Below, piece by piece: positions 62,570 to 64,000 of a stretch of 64,000 nt of DNA. How positions within the stretch are numbered: position 1 is the stretch's first letter; every line of letters begins with the position of its first letter. The position numbers and the translations under genes were made by a program. The stretch spans positions 128,001 to 192,000 of the forward strand of contig OZ223301.1 in the NCBI GenBank assembly GCA_965140705.1, written 5' to 3'. Under the pieces are notes generated by a model. That model had not been told where the DNA came from. It did not search any database and saw only the letters and a program-made list of their open reading frames with translations. Source of the stretch: an uncultured Arcobacter sp. (GTDB taxonomy: Bacteria > Campylobacterota > Campylobacteria > Campylobacterales > Arcobacteraceae).

Positions 62570-64000
<1,431 letters not shown>

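Overview
AT-rich chromosomal window from a Campylobacterota bacterium, most likely Arcobacteraceae (inferred from 16S signatures, HQWRQPL-type histidine kinases and parA-parB-atpF'FHAGDC-tol-pal synteny). Most of it is core genome: purH end, bioA, msrBA, clpB, rpmH-rnpA-yidD-yidC-jag-mnmE, aroC-rnc-rnhA, dnaG, rplU-rpmA-obgE-proB-fmt, birA-parAB, ATP synthase, tol-pal, slyD, fabD, mtnN and the start of an rRNA operon. The most notable region is 587-2915, an integron-type gene-cassette array with three 69-bp attC-like sites and no integrase in the window (CALIN). Its cassettes encode two PD-(D/E)XK nuclease-like proteins, a 93-aa protein made of four HGHP-containing 23-aa repeats, and a truncated TIGR02391-like gene. 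Structured non-coding elements bracket the array. Other signals: a ~145-bp palindrome family with unrelated arms but conserved unpaired motifs (two copies); a consensus promoter with two operator-like boxes firing into a gene-free region with C/U-rich motifs (candidate sRNA next to a DUF134 regulator); an OhrR-operator/gpx module; CIRCE plus HAIR operators on clpB; rnpA without a canonical start codon; three candidate leaderless genes. Family assignments come from motif recognition only; no searches were run.
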